Translations under genes and position numbers: made by a program
In this document: one piece after another, positions 1 through 8,355 of the stretch
Numbering within the stretch: position 1 is the first letter of the stretch
Layout of the letters: each line of letters opens with the position of its first letter
Notes under the pieces: model-generated
Seen by the model: the letters and a program-made list of their open reading frames with translations, nothing else
Told to the model about the DNA's origin: nothing
Databases searched by the model: none
DNA from: a bacterium
Lineage (GTDB): Bacteria; J088; JAWLBW01
Length of the DNA: 64,000 bases
Reading direction: 5' to 3'
NCBI GenBank assembly: GCA_041690355.1
Contig: JAWLHK010000001.1
Span: forward strand, 124,001-188,000

Positions 1-173
1 AGATTGGGGATCAGATCCAGACGGCGTTGATACACGGTCTGCACCTGCCCCCACTGTCCCTCGACCGTTTCGTCGAGACGCACCAGATCGTTGCGGGTGC
101 CCACATACCATCCGCCGGCGACAACGGCGAGCAGAACGAGAACGGCAAGAATGATGAGCGCGGCCTTTTTCAT
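1..173 (-). CDS. lemA: LemA family membrane protein (5' part, truncated by window edge; not in ORF track)
   Basis: Manual translation from ATG at 173: MKKAALIILAVLVLLAVVAGGWYVGTRNDLVRLDETVEGQWGQVQTVYQRRLDLIPN. It has an N-terminal TM helix and the LemA motif W..V...YQRR.DLIPN. Confidence 0.9.
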   Translation of the reverse strand, partial: MKKAALIILAVLVLLAVVAGGWYVGTRNDLVRLDETVEGQWGQVQTVYQRRLDLIPN

Positions 174-179
174 GGAGCC

Positions 180-1880
180 TCAGAGCGGGAGTTGAGCGAC
201 GATGGTCACGATGAGCGCATTCAGGGCGCGGCGGTCGGGAGACACCAGCGCGGTCCCGGGGATCGGATTCTCGCCCGCCGGGACCTGCAGATCGGCGCGC
301 ACTTCGAGAAGGCCGCCGAACGACGGGTCCGCAAAGGCAATGTAGGGGAGACCCGACGCGACGCCGTCGGCCGCGATCGCGTCGACCTGGAGCGCCGCAT
401 AGGCCGGGGCGGCCTCGGCGGTGGCAGCTGCGGGAAAATGGGCCTGGTCGACGATCGGCAGGTCACCGCAGGTCAGGTGCGGCTGGGGCGACGATTCTCC
501 CGCGTCCTGGTAACGGGGAAATCCGTCGACGCTTCCCACGGCCCCGCCCACCGCGCACTCCCACTCGAGCAGAAAGCTGTTCTGCCGCACGTCGAGGTCT
601 GTACGGTAATAGGGGAGAAAGTCGCGCAGGCCGCGGGGGTGCGTAAACCAGGCCGCCGGATGCAGCGCAAACCAGTCGGGGACGAAGTCCCTGACCAGCC
701 CCTCGACCGCGGCGGGCGAGGAGATCAGGCCGAGGGCCGACTTGATCGCTTCGCTCAGATCCAGGTCGAGCTGGCGCACGATACCGACGGCCGATACGGC
801 CACCGAAGCGAGAATCGGAACCAGATGCGCGTGCCACTCCACGCGGGGGGCGGCCCCGGGCACGGCCGCGGCCAGGTTCTCGGCCAGCGTCAGAAAACCC
901 GTCTCGAAGCCCTCGGTAACCGGCAGGCTGAGCGGCCCGTATTTCGCCGCGCCCGATGCCGTCGTGCCGACCCGCAGGGCGTCGACGGTGAGTACGGCAA
1001 TCGTCGTTCCGCTCCCTCCCTCGAACTGCAGCCAGCCGGGATTGCCCTCGACCGCCTCGCGCAGGGTCGCAAGGGCCTCGGCCATCACGCGCAGGTGCTC
1101 GCGGGCGCGCGCGGGGAGTTCGTCGCCGTCGATCGTGCCGTTGCCGTCGGCGTCGCGCGCGAGCAGCGCAAGAAACTCCGGATTGTCTTCGAGCACGTAG
1201 ACGAGCACGTTGGCCAGCTTCGGCCCTGAAATCGTGAAGCTCGAAAAGCTGCCCGTATAGGACGTGAAGTAGTCGAGCGTCTCGAAGAGATCGATGGTCA
1301 GCTCGTGCGCGAACACGAGGTCGAGCAGGCCGGCGCCGCCGTGGCAGAGCGCAGACAGAAACTGCGCATCGGCGGGGCGCCAGGTGCCGCCCAGATTGAG
1401 AATCTCGTCGGCGCTCCACTTGACGGGAACCGTCGTGACCGCGAACGCGAAATTTCCCGCACGGGCGCTGTCGAACGACTGTGCGGCCGTCGCCAGCTGG
1501 TCGCGCAGCGGCAGAAGCACGTCGAGGATGATCTGATTGTAGACGCGGGCTTCGTCGGTCTCGCCGTCGCCCGGCCGATCGCCCACGGCCGTCTTGGGAA
1601 CGAGATCGCCGAAGCCGGCGGCGCGCACGACGACGCTGACCTGTTCGTAGGTGGTCAGCAGCTCACTGAGGCCGAAGCCGAAATGGGCTTCGCGATTGTC
1701 GGGATCCTGTGCAAGGGCGTCGCGGAAAAATCCGCCGGCGGCCTGGAACTGGCTTAGCTCGAGCCGGTGCTTTCCTTCGGCCACGAGGCGCCGGGCCTCT
1801 TCCCGGCGCGCGTCGGTCTTCTCGGCGCAGGCACTCAGAAGCAGGAGACCGAGAAGTCCGAATCGCAGAAAAAAGTGCAT
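180..1880 (-). CDS. Lipoprotein of unknown function with a TPR-like N-terminus and an EF-hand-like loop
   Basis: 566 aa ORF; lipobox LLSAC; TPR-like segment ALAQDPDNREAHFG; loop DADGNGTIDGDE. Confidence 0.75.
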   Translation of the reverse strand: MHFFLRFGLLGLLLLSACAEKTDARREEARRLVAEGKHRLELSQFQAAGGFFRDALAQDPDNREAHFGFGLSELLTTYEQVSVVVRAAGFGDLVPKTAVGDRPGDGETDEARVYNQIILDVLLPLRDQLATAAQSFDSARAGNFAFAVTTVPVKWSADEILNLGGTWRPADAQFLSALCHGGAGLLDLVFAHELTIDLFETLDYFTSYTGSFSSFTISGPKLANVLVYVLEDNPEFLALLARDADGNGTIDGDELPARAREHLRVMAEALATLREAVEGNPGWLQFEGGSGTTIAVLTVDALRVGTTASGAAKYGPLSLPVTEGFETGFLTLAENLAAAVPGAAPRVEWHAHLVPILASVAVSAVGIVRQLDLDLSEAIKSALGLISSPAAVEGLVRDFVPDWFALHPAAWFTHPRGLRDFLPYYRTDLDVRQNSFLLEWECAVGGAVGSVDGFPRYQDAGESSPQPHLTCGDLPIVDQAHFPAAATAEAAPAYAALQVDAIAADGVASGLPYIAFADPSFGGLLEVRADLQVPAGENPIPGTALVSPDRRALNALIVTIVAQLPL

Positions 1881-2007
1881 GCTGGCTCCGGGCCCGCCGA
1901 AAATACCGCCGGAAAGGCTGACGGGTCTAGGATCAGATCTTAGTGGAAGGAACCGGGGGGATCAAGCGTGCGGGCGCCTTACCGCACGGCGAGAGAGCGA
2001 ACTGCGC

Positions 2008-2214
2008 TCAGAGCGGCGTCGCGCGCGCGGTGCGGCTGACGGTGTGGATGGTGACGGGCGAGCGCTGCCCGCGGGTGTCGGCGCGATAGACCAGTTCGAG
2101 CTGCACGTCGCCGAGGTGAACGACCAGCGATGCCGGCGTGGCCGGGTCTTCATCGACGTAGCGCATGAAAGCGCGCGCGATCTCCTGCAGGATCTTGTCG
2201 GTCTCGGGGTTCAT
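2008..2214 (-). CDS. Small hypothetical protein
   Basis: 68 aa ORF with protein-like composition and GC3-rich codons; fills the gap between genes. Confidence 0.55.
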   Translation of the reverse strand: MNPETDKILQEIARAFMRYVDEDPATPASLVVHLGDVQLELVYRADTRGQRSPVTIHTVSRTARATPL

Positions 2215-2373
2215 CGCGTTCGTGCCGGGGGCGCAACTGCCCGTGCGCTCGCCGGGAAGGAGAGCGCAGGCGAATCATATCGCCGTGGGCAAGCCCTTGT
2301 CAAGCGAGAAAGAGTAATGCGATTGTTGTTTTTTTGTTGACCTTTTCAGGGCATTCGTTGTATTTCGGGGAGC

Positions 2374-3855
2374 ATGCTCTCCACACGCCTGGCTTTCCTC
2401 GTCCTGCTTACAGCCGCCGGCACCGCGCGGGCCGACTGGCGGCCGGTGCCGATCACGCTGGCGCCGGAGCCCGCGCGCAAGCTCGAGCTCGCCGGTCCGC
2501 TCATTCTCGCGCTGCAAACCCGGCACGTCACCGTCTACGATCCGGGGACGAATCAGGCGCGACGCGCCTTCACCCTGCGGGGGCAGGAAGACGGCCTCGT
2601 CGACCTCGTCGCCACGGCACAGGGCTGGTGGCTCGCGAGCCGCCGCGAACTCTGGCGCTCAGACGACCGCGGATTCACCTGGCGCAGCCTGCACGTGCGT
2701 AAGCCGAGCGATCCGGCCGTCTGGCTCGCCCTGTTTCCCACCGCCGAGGGGCTGGTTGGCGCGGCGAGCGACGGACTCTTCCGCATTGAGCCCGGCCGGA
2801 TTTTCCCGTGGGGAACCGGAGGGCGAACCCCCGTGCGCGGCGCCGCGGCGAGCCGCGAAGCCCTGGTCGTGGAGAGCACGCGCGGCTTTGTCCGCTTCTC
2901 GTCCGACGGGTTGCGAGCACCCCTCGATCTGCGCGCGGGCCCCCTGCATGGCGCTGTCGACGACGCCGGGGCGCTGGTGCTCGCCGCCGACGACGAGGTG
3001 CTGCGCTGTGCGGAGCGCTGCGCCGTGCGGGGCCGGCTGCCCGGACTACGCTACGCGGCGGTGCACGACGGCAGCTACTGGGCGGCCACAACCGACTCCG
3101 TCTGGCGCGAAGACGCTGCGGGCGGCTGGCGCGAGTCCGGGGCCGGCCTGGGTGCCCTGCGCCCCGTGGCGCTGGCGTCTTCGGGAACCGCTCTGTGGGT
3201 CCTCGGCGACCAGGGGCTCGCACGCTGGGTCCCACGGGACGCCGATGCCGCCACGGTATCCACGGCCGAAGGCGTTCCGGCAGATCCGCCCATCGGCGCC
3301 GTGCGCCAGTGGGCCCTCGCGCGCATCCCCGTCGGGGGCACCACGGTGGACTCCTGGCGGCGGCGGGTGCGCTGGCAGGCAGCCGCGCCGCGCGTGGGGG
3401 TCACCGTCAGCCGCGACATCGACGACCGCTACTCCGAAACGTTCGGCAACACGATCGGCATCAGCACGACGCAGGATCGCATCCTGATCGGCCCGGACTT
3501 CAATTCCATCAGCCGGGCCGAGAGCGACGGCTACCGGTACGGACTGGCGCTGACGTGGAATCTGGAGGAGCTCGTCTTCAACCCGCGGGAGCTGAACGTG
3601 AGCAACGAGATCGAAGACATCTATCGCTTCCGCGAGTCGGTGGCGCTGGACGTCACGCGCATCTACTACGACCGGGCGCGAACGCGCCTGGACCTTGCCC
3701 GCGCGCTCGACGACCACGAACGGGCTTTGCTGGCGGTGCGACTGGACGAACTCACGGCGGCGCTCGACTATTACACCGGCGGCCGCTTCAGCGCGGCGCT
3801 CGCCACCGTGCGGCCCGATGCGCCGGACAGCGGGGCGGCCAGGAGGATGCCATGA
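2374..3855 (+). CDS. Secreted protein with a beta-propeller-like N-region and a helical/beta C-terminal domain
   Basis: Signal peptide (TARA-D); BNR/Asp-box-like SDDRGFTW; GGAG SD; stop overlaps the next start (ATGA). Confidence 0.75.
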   Translation: MLSTRLAFLVLLTAAGTARADWRPVPITLAPEPARKLELAGPLILALQTRHVTVYDPGTNQARRAFTLRGQEDGLVDLVATAQGWWLASRRELWRSDDRGFTWRSLHVRKPSDPAVWLALFPTAEGLVGAASDGLFRIEPGRIFPWGTGGRTPVRGAAASREALVVESTRGFVRFSSDGLRAPLDLRAGPLHGAVDDAGALVLAADDEVLRCAERCAVRGRLPGLRYAAVHDGSYWAATTDSVWREDAAGGWRESGAGLGALRPVALASSGTALWVLGDQGLARWVPRDADAATVSTAEGVPADPPIGAVRQWALARIPVGGTTVDSWRRRVRWQAAAPRVGVTVSRDIDDRYSETFGNTIGISTTQDRILIGPDFNSISRAESDGYRYGLALTWNLEELVFNPRELNVSNEIEDIYRFRESVALDVTRIYYDRARTRLDLARALDDHERALLAVRLDELTAALDYYTGGRFSAALATVRPDAPDSGAARRMP

Positions 3856-5114
3856 AGCGGTTCGGGCTGATCGCTCTGCTCCTGACCGCCTGCGCCGCGG
3901 ATCCCCAGCCGGCGGTGTTCGCGCCGGATCTCCTGCGCTATCTCGGTCCCACCGTGGTCACCTCCGATCCGCTCGTTGGCAGCCAGGGGGTGCCCGTGGA
4001 TTACCCGGTGCGCATCACCATCAGCAGCGATCTCGCGCCCGAGACGGTGACCGGCGCGGTAGCGGTGCGCGGAACCCGCAGCGACTTTCCCGCCCGCGTC
4101 GGCATCGAGGGGCCGCGCACCATCCGCATCGATGCCGCCTGGCCCGCGCGTGAACGGATCCGTATCCGCATCGGCTCGGAACTGCTCGACGCGCAGGGAC
4201 GCTCTCTGCGCGACCAGAACACGGCCGACAGCCGGGGAGGCACGCCGTTCGCGCTGCACTTCACGACGGGAACCGACGCGCTGGGCGCTCGGCCGCGCGT
4301 CCTCGAGGTCACCCCGGCGCCCGGCGCCGACCGAATCTCGCCGCTCGTCGAGCCGCTGCTCATCTTTTCCAAACGCATGCGGTTTGACCCCGCCCCTGTA
4401 CTCCGCCTGTCCGACGGCGCGGGGGAGGCCGTCGTCTCCGGTCGGTGGGAAGCCGACCGGACGCAGCTGCGGGTCTCCCTGGCGACACCGCTGCGCTACG
4501 ACACCGCCTATGAAATCGAGGTGCGCGAGGCCGTCGACGCCTGGGGCCTCGCAGCAGAACCCGGGGTGCTCACCTGGTTCCGCACGCAGGCGGCCGAAGG
4601 GCACGTCGTCCTCAACGAAGTGGTCACCAGCCCCCGCACCGACTGGAACGATACGGCCGGGGGAAACGGCGTCGCCTTTGACGGCGAGCCGGGAACCGGT
4701 TCGATCACGACGAGCGATGAATTCATCGAGCTGTACAACGGATCATCACGCGCGGCGGATCTGCGCGGCTGGACCCTCGAGCAGCTGGACGGCAGCGACG
4801 CCGTGCACGCGTTCGGGGCGGGGTCGTCGGTCACGGAACGCTTTGTTCCCGAGAGTTCGACGGTCGATCATTTCGAACCCGGGGCCTATCTGGTGCTCGG
4901 CAACCCGGTGGGCGACAACGGCGACCGCACGACCTTCATCCTGCGCGACGATGCGGGATGGGAGCGGGACCGCGTCACACTGGGAACCGACGCGCCCGAG
5001 GGGAGCTCGACGAACGCAGACGACGAGAGCGTCGCGCGCATTCCCGACGGCACCGACACCGACGGCGCGAGCGACTGGCGCAAGGCCAGGGCGACCCCGG
5101 GGGCGCCCAACTGA
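3852..5114 (+). CDS. Lipoprotein with Ig-like (Big_5-type) domains and a C-terminal lamin-tail domain
   Basis: Start reassigned to ATG 3852 (AGGAGG SD; MKRFGLIALLLTAC lipobox); lamin-tail motifs VVLNEV, DEFIELYN, DLRGWTL. Confidence 0.8.
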   Translation: MKRFGLIALLLTACAADPQPAVFAPDLLRYLGPTVVTSDPLVGSQGVPVDYPVRITISSDLAPETVTGAVAVRGTRSDFPARVGIEGPRTIRIDAAWPARERIRIRIGSELLDAQGRSLRDQNTADSRGGTPFALHFTTGTDALGARPRVLEVTPAPGADRISPLVEPLLIFSKRMRFDPAPVLRLSDGAGEAVVSGRWEADRTQLRVSLATPLRYDTAYEIEVREAVDAWGLAAEPGVLTWFRTQAAEGHVVLNEVVTSPRTDWNDTAGGNGVAFDGEPGTGSITTSDEFIELYNGSSRAADLRGWTLEQLDGSDAVHAFGAGSSVTERFVPESSTVDHFEPGAYLVLGNPVGDNGDRTTFILRDDAGWERDRVTLGTDAPEGSSTNADDESVARIPDGTDTDGASDWRKARATPGAPN

Positions 5115-5123
5115 GGGGTACCA

Positions 5124-5264
5124 ATTCCTGATTCCTGATTCTTAATTCCTAATCAAAGGAACCAACGAAGGACTGAAGAAGCCCGGGAGCCGTGGATGCG
5201 GGTGCGGAATGACCTTGGGCACAGGCCCGCGCTACTCAGGAATCAAGAATCCGGAATCAGGAAT
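5124..5264. repeat. Two inverted ATTCCTG-family heptamer arrays (5124-5154 on +, 5237-5264 on -) between convergent genes
   Basis: attcctg attcctg attctta attccta ... caggaat caagaat ccggaat caggaat. Confidence 0.9.
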
Positions 5265-5278
5265 GCGCGCTCTGCGCG

Positions 5279-6403
5279 CTAGGCGCTCTTGCGCAGCCGC
5301 TTCTGCTCTTCGCGGTGCAGCTCGGCCATCATGCGGTTGAGCGTCGCCTGCGAACGGCCCGGATCGACCTTGATCATGACGCTCTTCGATTCCTGATCGA
5401 TGCGCACGAGCTCGGTGCACAGGCGGCGAAGCTCGTCGACCAGGCGGGCGTGCTTGAGGTGCTGGGCCTGAAGCCGCAGGGCACGCGCTGACTTCTGCAG
5501 AATGGCCTCCATGCCCTCGTGCGGTTTGAGAATGCAGTCGCGCGCCCCGTTTTCCATGGCCATGAGCGCAACGTCGACGGCATTGGCCGGGCTGACGACC
5601 AGAAATTCCATGTCCGGCTGCAGGCGCGCAATCTCGCGATAGGCATCGAAAGCCGTCCCGTCACCCACCTGCGCCTCGGCGAGCAGCAGACGAGGCTCCA
5701 TCTTTTCGGCCGCCGCCACGGCTTCTTTCACGCCCGCCACCATGGTCACGCGGTACCCCTCGGATTCGAGCACGGCGCGGGTACGCTCTCCGGTATAGGG
5801 GTTCGACACCAGATAGAGCACCTGTGCCGGCTCTTTCAGAGATCCCTTGTAGGTACGCAGCATGTCGGAGAAACGATCGACCGCCCCGCGGTGCTCCACC
5901 TCCTTGGGGCGGAAGAGATCTTTCGCAAAATCGCGGAACCGGCCGGTGACGTACTCATCGATGGCTCCCCGACGCCAGCGCTCGAAGGCCGACGCCACGC
6001 GTGAAACCACGAGATCGGTGCGTTCGAGCGGGAGGGGAATCAGATCCTGGGCCCCCAGTTCGAGACACTGCACGGCAAGCTGGCTGTCGGGGTTCAGGGC
6101 CAGGACGATTATTTCGGCCAGCGGGTCTTCCCTGCGCAGCCGCTCGAGAAACGGCAGGCCGCCGCCGGGAACATTAATGTCGACGATGAGCACGGCGACG
6201 CGCTCGAGACTCGCCCATTCTTCGAACAGGGGCGTGTTGACGAAGGGAAACAGCGAGAGGTTTCGCCGTTCGAGCGCAGCCTGCAGACGGCCGCTGACCG
6301 ACTCGTCGGCCGACAACAAGACGACCCGGCCCGACTCGCTCAGCTCGGTGCGATACTGCTCGAGGCCGCCTTCGAAGGAAGCGATGGACGACATCCCGCT
6401 CAT
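5279..6403 (-). CDS. Tandem receiver (REC-REC) protein with no DNA-binding output domain
   Basis: Two CheY-like segments (LIVDINVP..GLPFL; GARDCILKP) and a C-terminal coiled coil; start trimmed to ATG 6403, downstream of TATAAT. Confidence 0.75.
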   Translation of the reverse strand: MSGMSSIASFEGGLEQYRTELSESGRVVLLSADESVSGRLQAALERRNLSLFPFVNTPLFEEWASLERVAVLIVDINVPGGGLPFLERLRREDPLAEIIVLALNPDSQLAVQCLELGAQDLIPLPLERTDLVVSRVASAFERWRRGAIDEYVTGRFRDFAKDLFRPKEVEHRGAVDRFSDMLRTYKGSLKEPAQVLYLVSNPYTGERTRAVLESEGYRVTMVAGVKEAVAAAEKMEPRLLLAEAQVGDGTAFDAYREIARLQPDMEFLVVSPANAVDVALMAMENGARDCILKPHEGMEAILQKSARALRLQAQHLKHARLVDELRRLCTELVRIDQESKSVMIKVDPGRSQATLNRMMAELHREEQKRLRKSA

Positions 6404-6495
6404 GGGACCAACATTATATCGGATCGGCCCCGGGAAAGCAGACCGCGGGTACCTATAGGTCGCCGAGCACCCTCTGAGAGTTCCCGCGTTCCCCC

Positions 6496-6533
6496 AAAAA
6501 GAAAGGGCCTGCCGATGCGGCAGGCCCTTTCTC
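6496..6533 (-). terminator. Rho-independent terminator of the beta-barrel operon
   Basis: gaaagggcctgccg-atg-cggcaggccctttc hairpin followed by a T-run on the minus strand. Confidence 0.85.
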
Positions 6534-6549
6534 AAATGATCCTGACGGC

Positions 6550-8337
6550 TTAGAACAGAACCGTGAAGCGGCCCTGGACCAGCCAGGCGTCGCCTTCGGG
6601 GCTGATGAGGTCGCCCGAGATGATGTCCTGCCGATCGAAATATTCGCCCGGGGTGAACCAGCCGCCCTGCACGCCCAGCAGAAGGTCCTTGCGGAACTCG
6701 TAGCGCACGTCGAGGTCGACTTCATGCCCCATGCCGTCGAGACGGGTCTCGGTGCCCCCCTGCCGGATGATGCGCGACTGGTCGGCCTTCGCCCAAAGAT
6801 ATGCCAGGGTGGTCTGCAGCTTGCTGTCGAAGAACTTGAACTGCAGCTTGGGGTTCAGGTAAAAGGCGTTCGACACCGAGCCGTTCGTGATCGCAAGGCC
6901 CGAGATTTCACGCATGCGCGCGACCGTCTCTTCGGCGACGAGCCCCTGATCCTGCAGCCGCTCGAGCCCATCGAGCGTGCCGGCCGTGAGCTGGCGCGAC
7001 AGGCTGTCGGCCGCGTATTCGAACATGATCAGGCCGACGTTGTAATCGGGGCTGAACGAGAACGAGGTGAATTCTCCGTCGTCCACGCGGTTGCGGTCGC
7101 CGCTCGCGCGGCCCCACTCGAACTCGAACCCGTACGGCTCCATGGCCAGCCCGACACGGGCGGCATAGCCGCGGGCGCTCAGATCGGCCGTCTGGTAGTC
7201 GGGGGCGAGCTGCGCGCCGCGCTGCCGCAGGACGGGAACGCCGTTCGTGTGACCGTAGAGCCACAGCTGCTCGGTCTCGGCATAGAGCAGGCCGAGATCG
7301 ATTTTGAAGTGGAAGTCGGTGGCGTAGACGAGGGTGTCGACCTCGACGGGGCGGCCCTGGATGTCGACGCGTCCGCCCGAGCCCGGCGCCTGCTCGCCTT
7401 CCCAGCGCACGAGCTGGTAGACGCCGAGTTTCAGGGGATCGGTGTTGAAGGCGAGTACGCCCACGGCTTCATCGACGCTCACGGCGTTGGCCGGATCGAC
7501 GCCGCGCAGGCCGCCGACCCCCTGGCCGGGAATGGTCGAGGTCGGGGTCTGACCCACGATCGGCTCGTTGGCGACAATCTTGTCGTAGACGAGGGCGAGA
7601 ATCCAGTTCGAATCGGGGCCCAGCGGCTTCGTCGCGAAGAGGACGCGGTCGAGCGTGGTGCCGTTGTGCGCGTCACCAAATATGTTGCGGAATCCGTTGC
7701 CGTCGTTCGAGAGCAGCCCCATGCCCCAGTGCGAGGGCATGCGGCCCACGTCGAGGCGGCCGAAGGGGAGCGTCACCTCGGCCCACGCACGCTTCACGAT
7801 CAGGTTTGACGTGTCGTCGGCCGTCGACTGCGCGAGCACGTTACCCGGGTTCGAACCCCAGACCTGGTCGTCCAGGGCGTCGACCTGGGCCTTGAAGACA
7901 ACCTTGTCGTTCAGGTTGAAGCGCGGCTCGAAACGCAGACGGTGACGGAAGAAACGGTTGATGTCATCGGTTTCGGGAACGAAGACGCCCACGCCGTTCA
8001 GGTAGTTCGCGCGAACGCGGTAATACCCGTCGAGCTCGAACATCTGCCGTTCGTCCTGCAGCAGCGCCTGCAGGTCGAGGCGCTCGCTTTCGAGCTGCTC
8101 GGGCGTCACGACATACCGGTCGGCGGGCTCGGTCGCTTCGGCGGCCATCCCGGTCGGCGTTTCGGGCGCCTCGTCGGCGGCCTCGGCCTGCGGCGCGGGG
8201 GCCGGCTCGGTCGCGGCCTGCGGCGCCGGTTCCGTTGCGGGGGCGGGAGCGGTCTGCTCCTCGACCGGGGCCTCCTGCGCCAGGGCCGGAGTTCCGATCA
8301 GGAGAAACGAGGCGAGCGCAAAAATCGTCTTCTGCAT
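6550..8337 (-). CDS. Outer-membrane beta-barrel protein (alginate-export-like / myxobacterial porin-like), paralog 2
   Basis: Signal peptide, Pro/Ala/Glu linker, amphipathic beta-strands, terminal Phe; GGAG SD supports ATG 8337. Confidence 0.8.
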   Translation of the reverse strand: MQKTIFALASFLLIGTPALAQEAPVEEQTAPAPATEPAPQAATEPAPAPQAEAADEAPETPTGMAAEATEPADRYVVTPEQLESERLDLQALLQDERQMFELDGYYRVRANYLNGVGVFVPETDDINRFFRHRLRFEPRFNLNDKVVFKAQVDALDDQVWGSNPGNVLAQSTADDTSNLIVKRAWAEVTLPFGRLDVGRMPSHWGMGLLSNDGNGFRNIFGDAHNGTTLDRVLFATKPLGPDSNWILALVYDKIVANEPIVGQTPTSTIPGQGVGGLRGVDPANAVSVDEAVGVLAFNTDPLKLGVYQLVRWEGEQAPGSGGRVDIQGRPVEVDTLVYATDFHFKIDLGLLYAETEQLWLYGHTNGVPVLRQRGAQLAPDYQTADLSARGYAARVGLAMEPYGFEFEWGRASGDRNRVDDGEFTSFSFSPDYNVGLIMFEYAADSLSRQLTAGTLDGLERLQDQGLVAEETVARMREISGLAITNGSVSNAFYLNPKLQFKFFDSKLQTTLAYLWAKADQSRIIRQGGTETRLDGMGHEVDLDVRYEFRKDLLLGVQGGWFTPGEYFDRQDIISGDLISPEGDAWLVQGRFTVLF

Positions 8338-8355
8338 AAATACTCCCATGGCCTT

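Noticed and set aside
2808-3851. 5' extension of the 768-aa ORF
   Set aside because: Arg-rich shadow of the upstream gene. The real start is ATG 3852, which has an SD and lipobox.
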